Shown here: one piece after another, positions 37,634-50,557 of the stretch | How positions within the stretch are numbered: position 1 is the first letter of the stretch | Layout of the letters: each line of letters starts with the position of its first letter | Origin: Setoptus koraiensis | Lineage: Eukaryota > Animalia > Arthropoda | Direction of reading: 5' to 3' | Assembly: GCA_048013815.1 (NCBI GenBank) | Contig: CM106586.1 | Location: 18,290,001-18,354,000, forward strand | Length of the DNA: 64,000 bases | Made by a program: the position numbers and the translations under genes | Notes under the pieces: generated by a model | Databases searched by the model: none | What the model saw: the letters and a program-made list of their open reading frames with translations, nothing else | What the model was told of the DNA's origin: nothing

Positions 37634-40600
37634 ATGACCAACAGGCGCTCGGAACTAGTCAGTCTAACTGCCAACCACAACAGCACCATCGCCAATTGTA
37701 ACACTGCCACTGATTGCAACAGCATCCAACAGCAACAACAGCAACAACAGCAGCAACAGCAACAGCACATGGTCAGCAATTTTTCAATTAATGCCATTAT
37801 GCATCAGCAACACCAACTGCAACAAGACAACAACGCCAAAGCCAACGACTTCCCCGCCGCCTCGGGCATGCAACTTCAACCGCCGGCACTACAGCAAACC
37901 ACTGACCAAACCCTGGCTCTGGCCGCAACCAGCGATACAACCATACAGCACCAATTAAATCTGCTGAGACACCAGCAGCAACAACAACAGCAGCAACACT
38001 CGACGACGCCGTTTGAGCCGTACAGAATCAAGGTGAAACAACGCGCCAACCAAAATCAATTACTCAATCAACAGCAACGCCTGCTAGAGCTCGACGTGGA
38101 ATCTATAGAGTCGCCCTTGAGCAGCAGTAGGTGCAGCACAAGCGAACTGTCTCTAATTAATGGCGAAAACTCTTCGACCACAAATAGAACACAAAACAAC
38201 AATCGCAACGCTAGTTGCAATTCCAAATTCACCGGAGACGAACTCGAGTACAGCGATCAACAATCGAACAGTGGTCAGCGCAAGACGAAAATTCCCAAAA
38301 CCGTGAGTTGAGCGCCAATCACTCCTATTCTGATAATAATATATTCTTCAAACGTCATTAATAATTATAATTGTTTTCATTATCCATATCCTGTGCCGCA
38401 TATCTCTATATAGGTTAGGCTAAACATTAACGCTCGCGAACGGCGCCGAATGCACGATCTCAACGATGCCCTCGATGAATTGAGGCACGTTATACCATAT
38501 GCCCATTCGCCTTCGGTGCGAAAATTATCCAAAATAGCGACACTTCTATTGGCGAAAAATTACATTCTCATGCAGGTGAGTATCAACTACAGGTGCTGAA
38601 GCCCAAAATTGCTGTTTTTATTTTCATTCGTTGTGGCTAAAATCATTCCATCTTAACAACACTCTTATTCGATCTCAAGGCAAACGCTTTGGACGAGCTC
38701 CGTCGCATGCTTATCTACGTTCAACAGTCTGGTGTAGCAATGCCCCAGGGTCTACCCGCGTCTATAGCAACTCTATTGGCTAACACTAATGCAATACAAC
38801 CACTGCAAAACAAACTGACACCGAATTCCGATGCAAATGGAGATGCTCACAAAAAGCAACAACAAAACTACCAACTACAAGAAGCAAGCTCTGCTAAAGA
38901 AAGAGCACCCGCGAAGAATACAGATGATAGAGCCATATCACAAGCCTGTGACAGAGCTTTCAAGCAAAGTGTTCCCATTAAGATGGGAGACAATCATCAA
39001 AAATTGTTTCGTAACGACAACAATCATTCTAAAACTGACTTATTTAGTAGCAAAAATGACATTTCCGCAACTGCGACATGTCAACAGATAAATACAAATG
39101 CAAGCAATCATAAAACTAGATATGATCAACCACAATCATCCAAGGAAATACCTTATCAATCGATGCAACAAACGATGAATAGCAACTCAGTCAATCTCAA
39201 TAGAGAGAGGCCAAACCATATCAATGAGGGCATTCTAATTGATGGTATTGAGACAGAGTCGCGCGCTATTATCAATAATAATGCTCATACCGAGTCAATA
39301 AAAGGAGATGGAGTCACCAATGGCGTAACAACCGTGTTAAACAATCCCATAAGTCAAACAAAATTGTCAACAGTTATGAATTCATTTGTGTCTAGTGCAT
39401 CAACAATGAGACAGCAACATTTTTCCTCCCGTGGCAAACACATGAAGCAACAGCTTATATTGTCAGCTTCTAATGCCTACAACAAACAGTCTGGAATGAG
39501 AAGAAAAGTGGCACTCACATCTAACAAAATGATCAAGAACAATAAACGTCAAAATTTTAACAATCCTAGTCAACAGATGATTGATAATCAACCTGTGAAC
39601 CTTATGAGCACAACATCCGCATCTGCTCCAGCAGCAGCCTATAGATATTTAAACAATCCATCGTCATGTTCAAATATTGCAATGAATGACAAAAATAGCG
39701 GCATCAACAGCAATATCTCTCAAACATATCCTGCGAATGATGCAATCTCACGCCAACCTAATGTGCTCTTTGGAGCTTCATCAATCCCATCATGCCCGCC
39801 AAATTCTACATCATCTCTCTTGCATGCTATAAAACAATTGAATAGTCTGTGTACTTCTAATCAACACCAACAACAACACTACAATGTCAACAATCTAAAC
39901 AATATAGGCAAACAAAATGGAAATCAACAAGACACTGCTGCTAACAAGCATATGAGACGCAATTTTACAACTTCGCTGGAACCAGTTGGCTCACCGTTTA
40001 TTCAACCATCATCGGGCTCAACAAATGACATTTATTCATTTGGTGACCATAGTCTGATTGACCATCAGCAAGTCAATCTAGCTAACACCAACAGTCATGC
40101 TACCAATAGCTATCACCAGCAGTATATCCCTATGCCCTATAACGACTTGATAGCGAATAACAGTGGCTTTCCATCTGCGATCAATAGTTCACATGCACAT
40201 CCATCAAACAACATAATGGATATCAATTTATTAACCTGCCAACAATCAGTGCAACATGGAGATGGCAACAATCCCAATATCAATTTTGTTCATCATCACC
40301 AGCATTCACTGTTGGCGCGACTAAATTCTACTCAACAGCAGCAACAACAAAACCACAACAGGATTGTTTCACCATCATCAACTTTATGTAACGGATCTCC
40401 CATAATTAGTCCGACAGTAATGATGCAGCAGCAGTTCCCTAGGAGCTCTAAATCATCGGGATCGCTGCACGGCAAAATATCGCCTCGTCTTTATGGCAAC
40501 ACACAATTGACTTGCACATCGATTAGTAAAAATGCCAGTGAATCAAATAAGACTAGTGAATTCACGAGCAACAATAGTAAAATCACGACGAATATTATGC

Positions 40601-40803
40601 GACCATCGTCAACAGAGTCTACTTGTACTAATGCTAGTAGCTTAGTTAGTGTTTGTGACCATCATAGCGACAAACAGCAGCAACTGTCGAAAACAGACGA
40701 TTCCGATCATTATCAAATCATCAACAACAATGATGATAACAATAATCAAAGTTGCCCCTCCTCCGGAGACGAAGACGACAATGAAAGTATTGCTGATCTA
40801 TGA
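37634..40803 (+). CDS. Oli: Olig/Beta3-family bHLH transcription factor (Oli-like), about 984 aa
   Basis: Exons 37634-38302, 38414-38575 and 38680-40803 (2955 nt, in frame). The hidden middle exon encodes [54 protein letters not shown], followed by [13 protein letters not shown], which is diagnostic of the Olig/bHLHe22/23 family. Confidence 0.92.
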
Positions 40804-42526
40804 GTTGCAAAAATGAACCAATACTGAGTTGGTAGATGTTCAATAAATGATGATTTGTTATAAATAAACTGTTTTATATGGATGTTTCCTTTGTCTGACC
40901 CGACGAAATTCGATCAGAACGAATATAGATTGATCTAAGATGTCATGAAAGAGGCGTTAAGAATTTCATGTCATAGTTAATTGCCACATGAATGTAAGAG
41001 TGAAATATTAATCGATTCTAAACCCTATGTTGTCCACCACCATTGAGCGCACGCCTTTCTGTCTAGAGATGGGATGCCGTGAAAATATCATGCATTCTTA
41101 CTTCGTAAGAAAGAGCTTAAAGAAAGTCTGGACTGAGGTAGTGTGTATTGACATTAATTGCGCCTTAATTAATTGAGGCAATTTACTTTGGAGTTACAGT
41201 TATAGTTCAGCTTCCGAGGCCGACAATATCGCTATGATATGTGTGTCAGGAAAAAACTTTGTTTTGTTGGATAGAACTTCAATTGACATTTTGATTCGTA
41301 ACACCATCTCTCGTGTCTTTGAACCAATTGCTTATGATTTAAACAGTGCCAGAATAATAATACTGGCAGAAGGAATGCTTTGCTGTTTGTGTTTTACTTA
41401 ATCATACCATGAGCTGATTTTATGTGGGATATCTTTCTATAATTGCTGTATTCAGAGTTAGAGACTCACCATAAACTATAGTACATTATATTGATAATGG
41501 GAAGGGAACTGTCAGCCTGCTGTCACATGTATTGTTCCATTCGGAGCAATCAGTGATATACTTTGGAGATCAATCACAAAAATTTGTTTGGAACATTTTG
41601 AAAGAATGTGCGTTCGAGAGAATTTTGATGCAACTTGCAAGTAGCCTTGTTTAGCTAAATCAGGATGAAGCGATCGATCTTACCGCTAGATATGGTCTGG
41701 AATCGTCGTTGGTGGACTCTTGGCAGATTTACCCCAACTGATATTCTACAAATGAGGTCCAAGTTATCATTATTTTTGAGTTTGAAAATCCATGTCCTAT
41801 AAAAAAAAAACTGGATAAGATGTTAGAACTTCGGACGCGCCGGACTTTTAATGATTGCGGACAGTGGAATCACTCTGAGTCTAGTATCGGGTGGATGGAC
41901 GTTTGGGAGTAGACCTGACTGCAAGGTTGCACGGAGGGAGTTGATCTAGGTCATAGGGTAAGACATGCAGAAATGGTCAAGAGCTGGATGGGATAAAAAA
42001 ACTGAAATTTTTGCAGTCGATCCTATGGGCGCTTGCGAAAATCGCATGTTGCATGATGCAGACTTCGATGCATACGATGAGCTCGAATTATTGCAAGTTA
42101 AATTTGGGTTAGGCATCACTTTTGTCAATCATCCGAAGTTTACCTGGGATACATAAACTCGCAGACAGGTGCATCGGCGTCGGCCTCACTATTGTCATAG
42201 ATACAATGCTTGTGCATGTCGCTGACGCTGTTCGTCCGAGTCAGATCCACACAAATTTTTCAGCCGTTTGAATAAGCCGCGAACTGCGCCAATAATGCGC
42301 GTGCGCAAAGAGGAATCCTCACAACAGCCGATATTTTTATATCAATAATGAGTGTGATGATATACAATTATTTCATTGCATCCTGATATATTCAATGGCA
42401 ATCCATTATATTATTTAAATGAAGCACCCGTCTAGACACACCAATCAATCCCCTGTTTATTTGTAGCTGCTGTCAGTACAATCAATTACCATCACTAGGT
42501 GCCACAAGTACGCTTTATATCATTGA

Positions 42527-43732
<1,206 letters not shown>

Positions 43733-44057
43733 TCGAATAAAGTACACAGTATATTATACATAAGAAATGTCTCTGAGTAAACCTGGTCTTCAATTGGAAT
43801 GCTCCAGTTTTGGTAAAATACTAGACTACTGTAGATTATTTACATTTTTCCATCCGAATCTACCCATTGGGGGGAGGGGGGAACAAAAGCTTCTAGCTAT
43901 TGAACATTTGCTAAGATCAAATCGATGTCGCTCCCTCTTAGATCTAGACTTACTACCAATGGCTGAATACTTCATAGACAACAAAGCCGTTTAATTGAAG
44001 GTCGAAGTTCGCCTAGAATAAAGAGATCCGTTCATTGAAGATATTATTTCTAGTGCA

Positions 44058-44604
44058 TCAATAGTGGTAATCCCCATAGCCAGCGCCTCCGCCACTATAC
44101 CCGCCACCGTAACTAATAGGTATGACCACTCTAGGTTATTAAATGAGATAGTTTCGAAAATTGAGTGAGGAGTCGCACATCACAACATGTTATTTCTGTT
44201 CACTTCGTTTTAGTCTCGTAAGAACATAGTGAGTTGTGTATGAATAAATTGATTTGTTGATCTTGTCAACTAGATTGACCTAGTTTGGATAATCCAAGCT
44301 AACTTACATATAGGGATGGGGACTTTGTTGTTGAGGGTAGTAGGGTTGCTGATAGTTTTGCTGTCGTTGATTTAAGGCACCTAATATGTTGAAGTGATAT
44401 TGAATTCATAGTTTTTTTTACAGGATTGTCATTCATATCAACAATTAACATCATAGACGATAAATTAGAGATTAGTTGAGATATCTTACCTATGAGTGCG
44501 GCTAGCAAAAAGCCTTTCACTATTTTTTTGCTTTCAATGATGAGAGCCATTGTAAGTATTAGCATGAATACCTTGTAAATAGTTGATAAGTTGATGAGTT
44601 TCAT
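44058..44604 (-). CDS. Small secreted Gln/Tyr- and Gly/Tyr-rich peptide, 86 aa, 3 exons
   Basis: Exons 44604-44490, 44380-44308 and 44130-44058 have GTAAG donors and TAG acceptors with matching phases. Protein: MKLINLSTIYKVFMLILTMALIIESKKIVKGFLLAALIGALNQRQQNYQQPYYPQQQSPHPYIVVIPISYGGGYSGGGAGYGDYHY*. Confidence 0.75.
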
Positions 44605-45584
44605 GTTGCTTTTCCATGTAACATCACTGATTTCGAATACGAGAATGACTTCATCTGATGATTAGAAGAGCGTTTAAGTTGAGGTGTATCTAGCAATATA
44701 ACTTTCCAGTAACTAGTGAGTAACTTCGATATATGCTTGATGTCTGTGTTAGTCCACTTGTTTAATCATTCTATACTGTCTTGTTGACTGGTTGACTCTA
44801 GTCATAAGCGGTGAGTAGCGAGACGAACTATCCTGTAACCACCCAACTCAATCAAATCAAGCTTATTCGAATCATCGATGGATTTTGATTTATTTCAGCT
44901 TATTCAATAATTACATCATTGTCAATAGTGTGATCGAATGAAACAGGCCACTCTCTTCTAAGCAAAAATTTAACGGTAGCTATGGCACATCTGTGATAAT
45001 TGCTCATAACGAAGTGACTTCCGTTTGGAATATTCTTGATTGAATCAAAGGTAATGACAATCAATCAGCAAAAGCGCAATCAACTATAAGGAATAAGATA
45101 CAACTGAACATCAGCGATCAAAGAAAACGGAAGAACGTTACGCAGAGATGTAAATGTCATGGGAGCAGATAGAAAGTTGTTGTTATTGAAAATTGTGTCA
45201 AAGCTGTCCGAGTGAGAAGCAACGTCAACAACAAGTGTTCAATCAAGCAATAACATATTCTCATTATGATAATATTTTTGGTCTGGTGGTTCACGATCAA
45301 AAAAGCAATACAGAAGCAGAAGCGATAAGCCATTCTAAGAAGAGGAGCAAGATGACTAAGTCGAGAATCATGATTGCACAAACAACATGATAATTGGAGG
45401 AAAGAAAGCATCGTTCAGACTGGCTTTGCAACTATCCGGTGCAAAAAATATATGGCTCTTAATATTTTGCGATATTAACAGGGGTGGTGTGACCAGATTC
45501 GACATAAATCTCGATAATAGAGACGACTTTCTCTTACCCCCTGGTAATTTAAGCATCTGATTATTTCTTATGGACTATACTTGA

Positions 45585-46567
45585 TTACGTGATATACGTG
45601 ACTAAAAGATGAATGATCTGAACTGAGTTTCTACTGTGAATACCCTCTACTGTCCATTTTATTACAGCCCACTTGGCTTTCTGGTTCAATATTCTATTGA
45701 TAGACTCGAGGACTTGTCGCAATTTGCGTCTTTGGGCATCTTTGTTCTGAGTCACTCCAACCACGTCTAATTTTGATCCGCTACTGGAAGAGATACAACG
45801 AAAATCCGTTATTCAAATGATAGAGACATTTCGATAATTTTTCGTTTGATGATTCAATCCAGCGAAAGCGTCATGCACTTACCTCAGTTTTTCAACTAGT
45901 TTACCCAAAACTTGACCATCATAAAGATCTTGCTCTAGATTTTTCACGATGATCCGCTGATCGTTTAATTCATAATTAATTCAATTGACCAATGTAGTGA
46001 CCAAATAGTTAAATTGTGACGAATCTCTTGATGACTGATCAATCACCGCCCTGCTCTCGTTCTCGCCAAAACCGTAATCGCCGCCGGCATCTATTATTCT
46101 GGGAACGATATTTTCATCTATGGCCTCTTTTCCTTCTTGTTCGACTTGTTCCACTGTCAGCTCAGCAACTGTATTATCGTCATGTAGCATTCGAGCAGAA
46201 AATTTGCCCGATATTGAAAGACATCGTTAATCACGAGGTTCTATAGGACACGAAAATAGAAAGATAACAGTTGGAGATATGTTGCTTACCTACGCGTTGC
46301 TTCTTCTTGCGTCCAAGTGTGCTTATGTAATCCAAGAATTCTCCAGATTCTTGTTTGTTCATATCTAAGCGCGAGTGCGACAACGATACAGGCGGCCCAT
46401 GATGAGGTAGATTCTGTTGTTGTTGCTGTCTTCGAAACTCTTTACTATTGTATTGATACTGGCTAAGATTATTGTTGCGGGGATGAAGTTGGAGTAGCTG
46501 GAGAATCTCTTATTGACTGGTTTGATTGGCTAGATTGATTTCTGTGGCCGAATTTCGGAGACAACAT
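45585..46567 (-). pseudogene. parvin: Parvin-like gene, disrupted and truncated (N-terminus plus CH1 only)
   Basis: Exons 46362-46290, about 46168 (or 46153)-45883 and 45783-45585 give EFLDYISTLGRKKKQRV..EQEGKEAID..LVTTLVN*INYELNDQRIIVKNLEQDLYDGQVLGKLVEKL..KWTVEGIHSRNSVQIIHLLV. There is an in-frame TGA at 45983-45981 and a TAA at 45587-45585, and no CH2 exon is recognisable. Family identity is confident; pseudogene status is less so. Confidence 0.7.
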
Positions 46568-46863
46568 TATGAGGCTACAATTGTAAAACTATTCTGTTCA
46601 ATGATTTGCTATCACTTTCGGTTGGTCATCCGAAAATTTTATAGATGTCTCTATTGTCTGAATTAGATAGGACCTCTAGCAAGTAATTAGGTCACTCCAC
46701 CCAAACAAAGATCGTGACATGAAGACAAAAGGTGTAAAAGATAATAACTTAAGCTACTAATATTAACAGCACCAATAATAATAATTATGACGTTTACTTT
46801 ATTATTGATAAATTATTTGATATCTAAAAAAATGTTGTATATGAGTAGACTTTATGGTCCTGT

Positions 46864-48216
46864 TTAAGTTCTAACTTGGAATGTTCCAGCTTTCGTTATA
46901 TACTTAACTCCTTTAAATGGCTTATATTTTTCGCCAAACATATCCAATCTATTGACTCGAACATCTGAGATGGAGGCTTGATCAATTGTAAACTTGACTA
47001 ATATAGTTGGATTGAAGCCAGGACTTTCTGTGTTTGATTGTAAACTTAGAGTACCTTTTAGAGAAGCTGTCTTGGACTCCAGACGGCCAACTTCCCAAAT
47101 GAATAACTTAGTTGATGGACTAAATGAATATTTCCCTTGAGATTGATTGAGAATTACATTCACTACGTTTTTTGGCATGACTATTTCCAACGTTACATTT
47201 TCCAGGACTTTACCCATAAGACGCTTAGGGCCGACTTGCAGTTCCAGTTTACCACTGGACGGATCCTTGAACGATATAAGCTGTTTAACATATAGTGGCA
47301 CAGCAATTAGGCTCTGAGTCCCAATATGATATGTCATCAACCTGAAGTTACCATCAGGAGGAACAAAGGAAAGCAATCTATCTGATTCCCATCTTCTATG
47401 CCTAACACAAGGATGAAAACTGACATCATCAAAAAGCCTAGAATTGACAAATGATAAGCTCAAATCAGGCATACCAGACAACTTGACACAACAGTCTATG
47501 TGTCCGTTGATTTCTGCTGACACGATTCCCCCATTTTTATCTATGATTGCGTCTATTTCTTCTATGACATCAAAGTAAGCCTCATTATTGGCGTATTTGA
47601 TGCCCAATTTTCTCCAAGGTACATTAGACATTTGATTTGCTGGTAGTGTTTCGCTTATGTTTGTTCGACCTGTGACGGAATTGGCAATGGTACGAAGTAG
47701 ATTGGGTGGTCTTATTAATTCTTTGAGGACGTTAGATTCGGTTGCGAATGGAAATCCAGCATCTAGCATCTCATCAAGTAGTTCGTATATAGTAACTAGT
47801 TGCTCTTTAAATAAATTTTCATTGCAGTCATTAAAATAGTTGACAATAATATCAACAATCCTATGAAGGAATTCGATAACAAATAATGGAGATATTTCGT
47901 TTGTGACCACAGCAACAAAAAATAGATTATTGTGGTAGATGTTGATCAAGTGCCTGTGGGGTGTTATAATAATGGGTGAAATATCATTCAAGTTTGGATT
48001 CTTCTGCAATAGATTGGTCAAATATTCTAGGTCGCTGCGGGGTACCACTTTTTGCCAGTGCTTCTCCAAAATCAGGTCCCTGGGAAGATGTAGAAAAATG
48101 ATGAAGAGTGTTGAGAGTTGGAGATATATTTATGGGCCTGGTGAAATCAATGGATTGAGTGAACTGTGAGCAACTTACCCTCCTGAGTTAACTACAAACA
48201 ATGAGTCGATCAGCAT
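46864..48216 (-). CDS. AP3M1: AP-3 complex mu subunit (carmine-like), about 417 aa
   Basis: Exon 1 48216-48179 (MLIDSLFVVNSG) splices to 48079-46864 (GDLILEKHW...YANNEAYFDVIEEIDAIIDK...LSGMPDL...FHPCVR...YKPFKGVKYITKAGTFQVRT). Confidence 0.95.
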
Positions 48217-48271
48217 TGTTCAGGCAGATTGTTGAAGATGCTACAACAATGTCAATGAAAGAATATCACTA

Positions 48272-48722
48272 TCAGACAGAATGCTTATATTGCAAGCTAT
48301 TTGCCGAAAAATCGAACGACAATAGAGCTGAATTATCTGGTAGATATGATGATTTCTTCAACGACGGGCCTCGGCTACGGCTTACACGGTATGCAAATGA
48401 TAACAATACAGGTACAAACGAAACCAATTCATTCACAGCCTTCCATACTACGTAGGACGGTTTATCGGGCAAATCATATGTTCTATCCCTGACCATTATT
48501 ATCAAGGCTATCAACATTCGTATGGCGAGTGTGAGAGATGTGCGCCAAAGGCCAATGCGCAGGGCTGCCACCAAAGTGCACGACAATATACTGACAGCAG
48601 TAACAACAGTATTCGCTTGTGAGTAATCACGATGACTAACAAGATATAGAAGGGGTCCCGATCGGCCGTTTGTTTTCTCGAATTCACCATGAGAAATAGA
48701 AGAAGAAAATAAAAAGATGTAC
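48272..48722 (-). CDS. Possible unidentified multi-pass membrane protein fragment
   Basis: A candidate exon 48722-48688 joins through a 52-nt GT-AG intron to an open frame 48635-48272: VHLFIFFFYFSCHRDYSQANTVVTAVSILSCTLVAALRIGLWRTSLTLAIRMLIALIIMVRDRTYDLPDKPSYVVWKAVNELVSFVPVLLSFAYR. No start codon or family was identified. Confidence 0.25.
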
Positions 48723-49646
48723 CTAACAAATTGGGATATTCATGTTTAGTTTGTTCGAGAGTCAACCGAACGTGTTGTAGATGTTTCAATAATCTTGATT
48801 CAATAATAAGAATTCTGGCTGATGGCGTGCTCATGCATGGCTTTTCTTGTGCTGACTTTGCTAGTCTCGTGTGCTCCTATAAGATGGTTCATTAGTCGCA
48901 TTGAACAGACTGTGTGAGTAGTGCGCACAACTTTAACGACAGCCTGATCGAACATTCTCTTGCGCTACCACCGTGGCTACGGCCGATCCTTACAATTGTT
49001 AGTCTATAATCGAATCTTTTTTGTTTATTCTCAGAACAGTGCTTGCGTGAGGATCTCGATTGCTACATAATGCAAGAAAAGATTATACTTGCGTTCAAGC
49101 AATAATGAACTGAATATTATTCCGCCGTTCGTGTAAATGATAGACGACCAAACGAAAGAGCTCAAAACGAAAAAAACAATAATACAGCCGTTAATTAGCC
49201 GTAAAGATTACCATGGAATTCCTTCCATTCGATTGTATCTTGCAGTTCAAAACGCAATAGGAAATTTTTCTTGCTAGAAGCGACATCATCAATAGTCTCA
49301 ATCAAAAATCAATTTAGGAATTATCAAAGATCTCAACGCAACGATAAACTTCTGGGCCCGGACCCATTCACCATTGCATTTACAACGCATTTAAGTTCTT
49401 TCATAACAAATAATCAATTCAAAGGGGTACAAATTGAATAGAATAAGCACATTCTCACCAGGACAATAATTCAAGCCGGAAGGAGTCGCATTTTTTAATT
49501 TTATATCAAATCACAGACATTGAGTTTGAATATAGTCCATTCACTCAATCCATTTTGCGCATTTTAAGATATCTCTAAACAGCTAAATCTATCAAATTAC
49601 AAGTAATAATCACAGGTGAAGCGTTACATTGAACAACAAACGAACA

Positions 49647-50181
49647 ATGTCCGAACAAGCTTACGACGCACCTAAGTGTCCATTTCAGGATATGCCTGAA
49701 CCTCCGCCTAAATATGAAGAATCCAGACTAGACACAGGCGATGATATCAGCAAAAGTAGAGCGTCAGGGGAAATCTGTAATCAGCAGCAAGCTCCCGTAA
49801 TGCTGGTTCACAATGGGCAAGTTGTAAGAGTAGGTCAAGGTACAACGCTTTTGGCTGGTGCAGTCTTTGGAAAACGCACAATGCCCTACACATGCCCAAA
49901 CTGTATGCAAACCATTATGACTCAGACCAAGCACAAAGCTGGCAAACTCACCTATCTACTAGCTTGTTTGATGTGCTGTTTCGTATGTAAGTTTCTAAGA
50001 GATGATGCATTCTTTCAATTCATTTCTATCATTCTCAGCAAAATACTAACCTAATCGTATCTGATTTTATTGTCTAGCTCCTCTGCTCGCTTGGATTCCG
50101 TGTTGCGTAAAATCTTGTCGGGACGTGGATCATACCTGCCCATCATGTGATGCTTATATCGGAACATTTAAGCGAATGTGA
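49647..50181 (+). CDS. LITAF: LITAF/CDIP1-domain protein, 147 aa
   Basis: Exons 49647-49986 and 50078-50181. Contains a PPKY (PPxY) motif, then CPNC, a hydrophobic Cys-rich segment and DVDHTCPSC, which is the LITAF zinc-ribbon signature. Confidence 0.93.
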
Positions 50182-50557
50182 TGCAACCATTGCTCCAGCA
50201 TTTAACAGTTAGATTTTATACTGCTTAAGTTACAAACTAAGGAAGATTCTGCTCGATATGATCTTAAACCCCACCTTGGAACTAGAACTGATTTTTAAAA
50301 ACAGGACCGAATAAGACTATAAAACGTATTCAATGTATGACACAAGTGTTATACCGAACGATTCATCAGGTTAAATGTTAAATGGATCATTTGAAAATGA
50401 AAATACTTAGATATGCTCATTAGCATAGAAGCTAAATTTTGATTGTGTTATACTTCATACATTATTGATAGCATCTGAAAGTTCCAGCAGATGATTTTTG
50501 AAGGATATAAGACATGAAGAGAGATGTGCTAAGTTCAGTCTGACTCTTTTTTTGATC

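Noticed and set aside
41000-42420. Splice-like signals and short frames (one reading NG*KICVD, suggestive of a Sec/AhpD-like motif) upstream of PSMC5
   Set aside because: I could not assemble a consistent ORF on either strand. There is no ATG before the TGA and no SECIS-like element. Unresolved; RNA-seq is needed.
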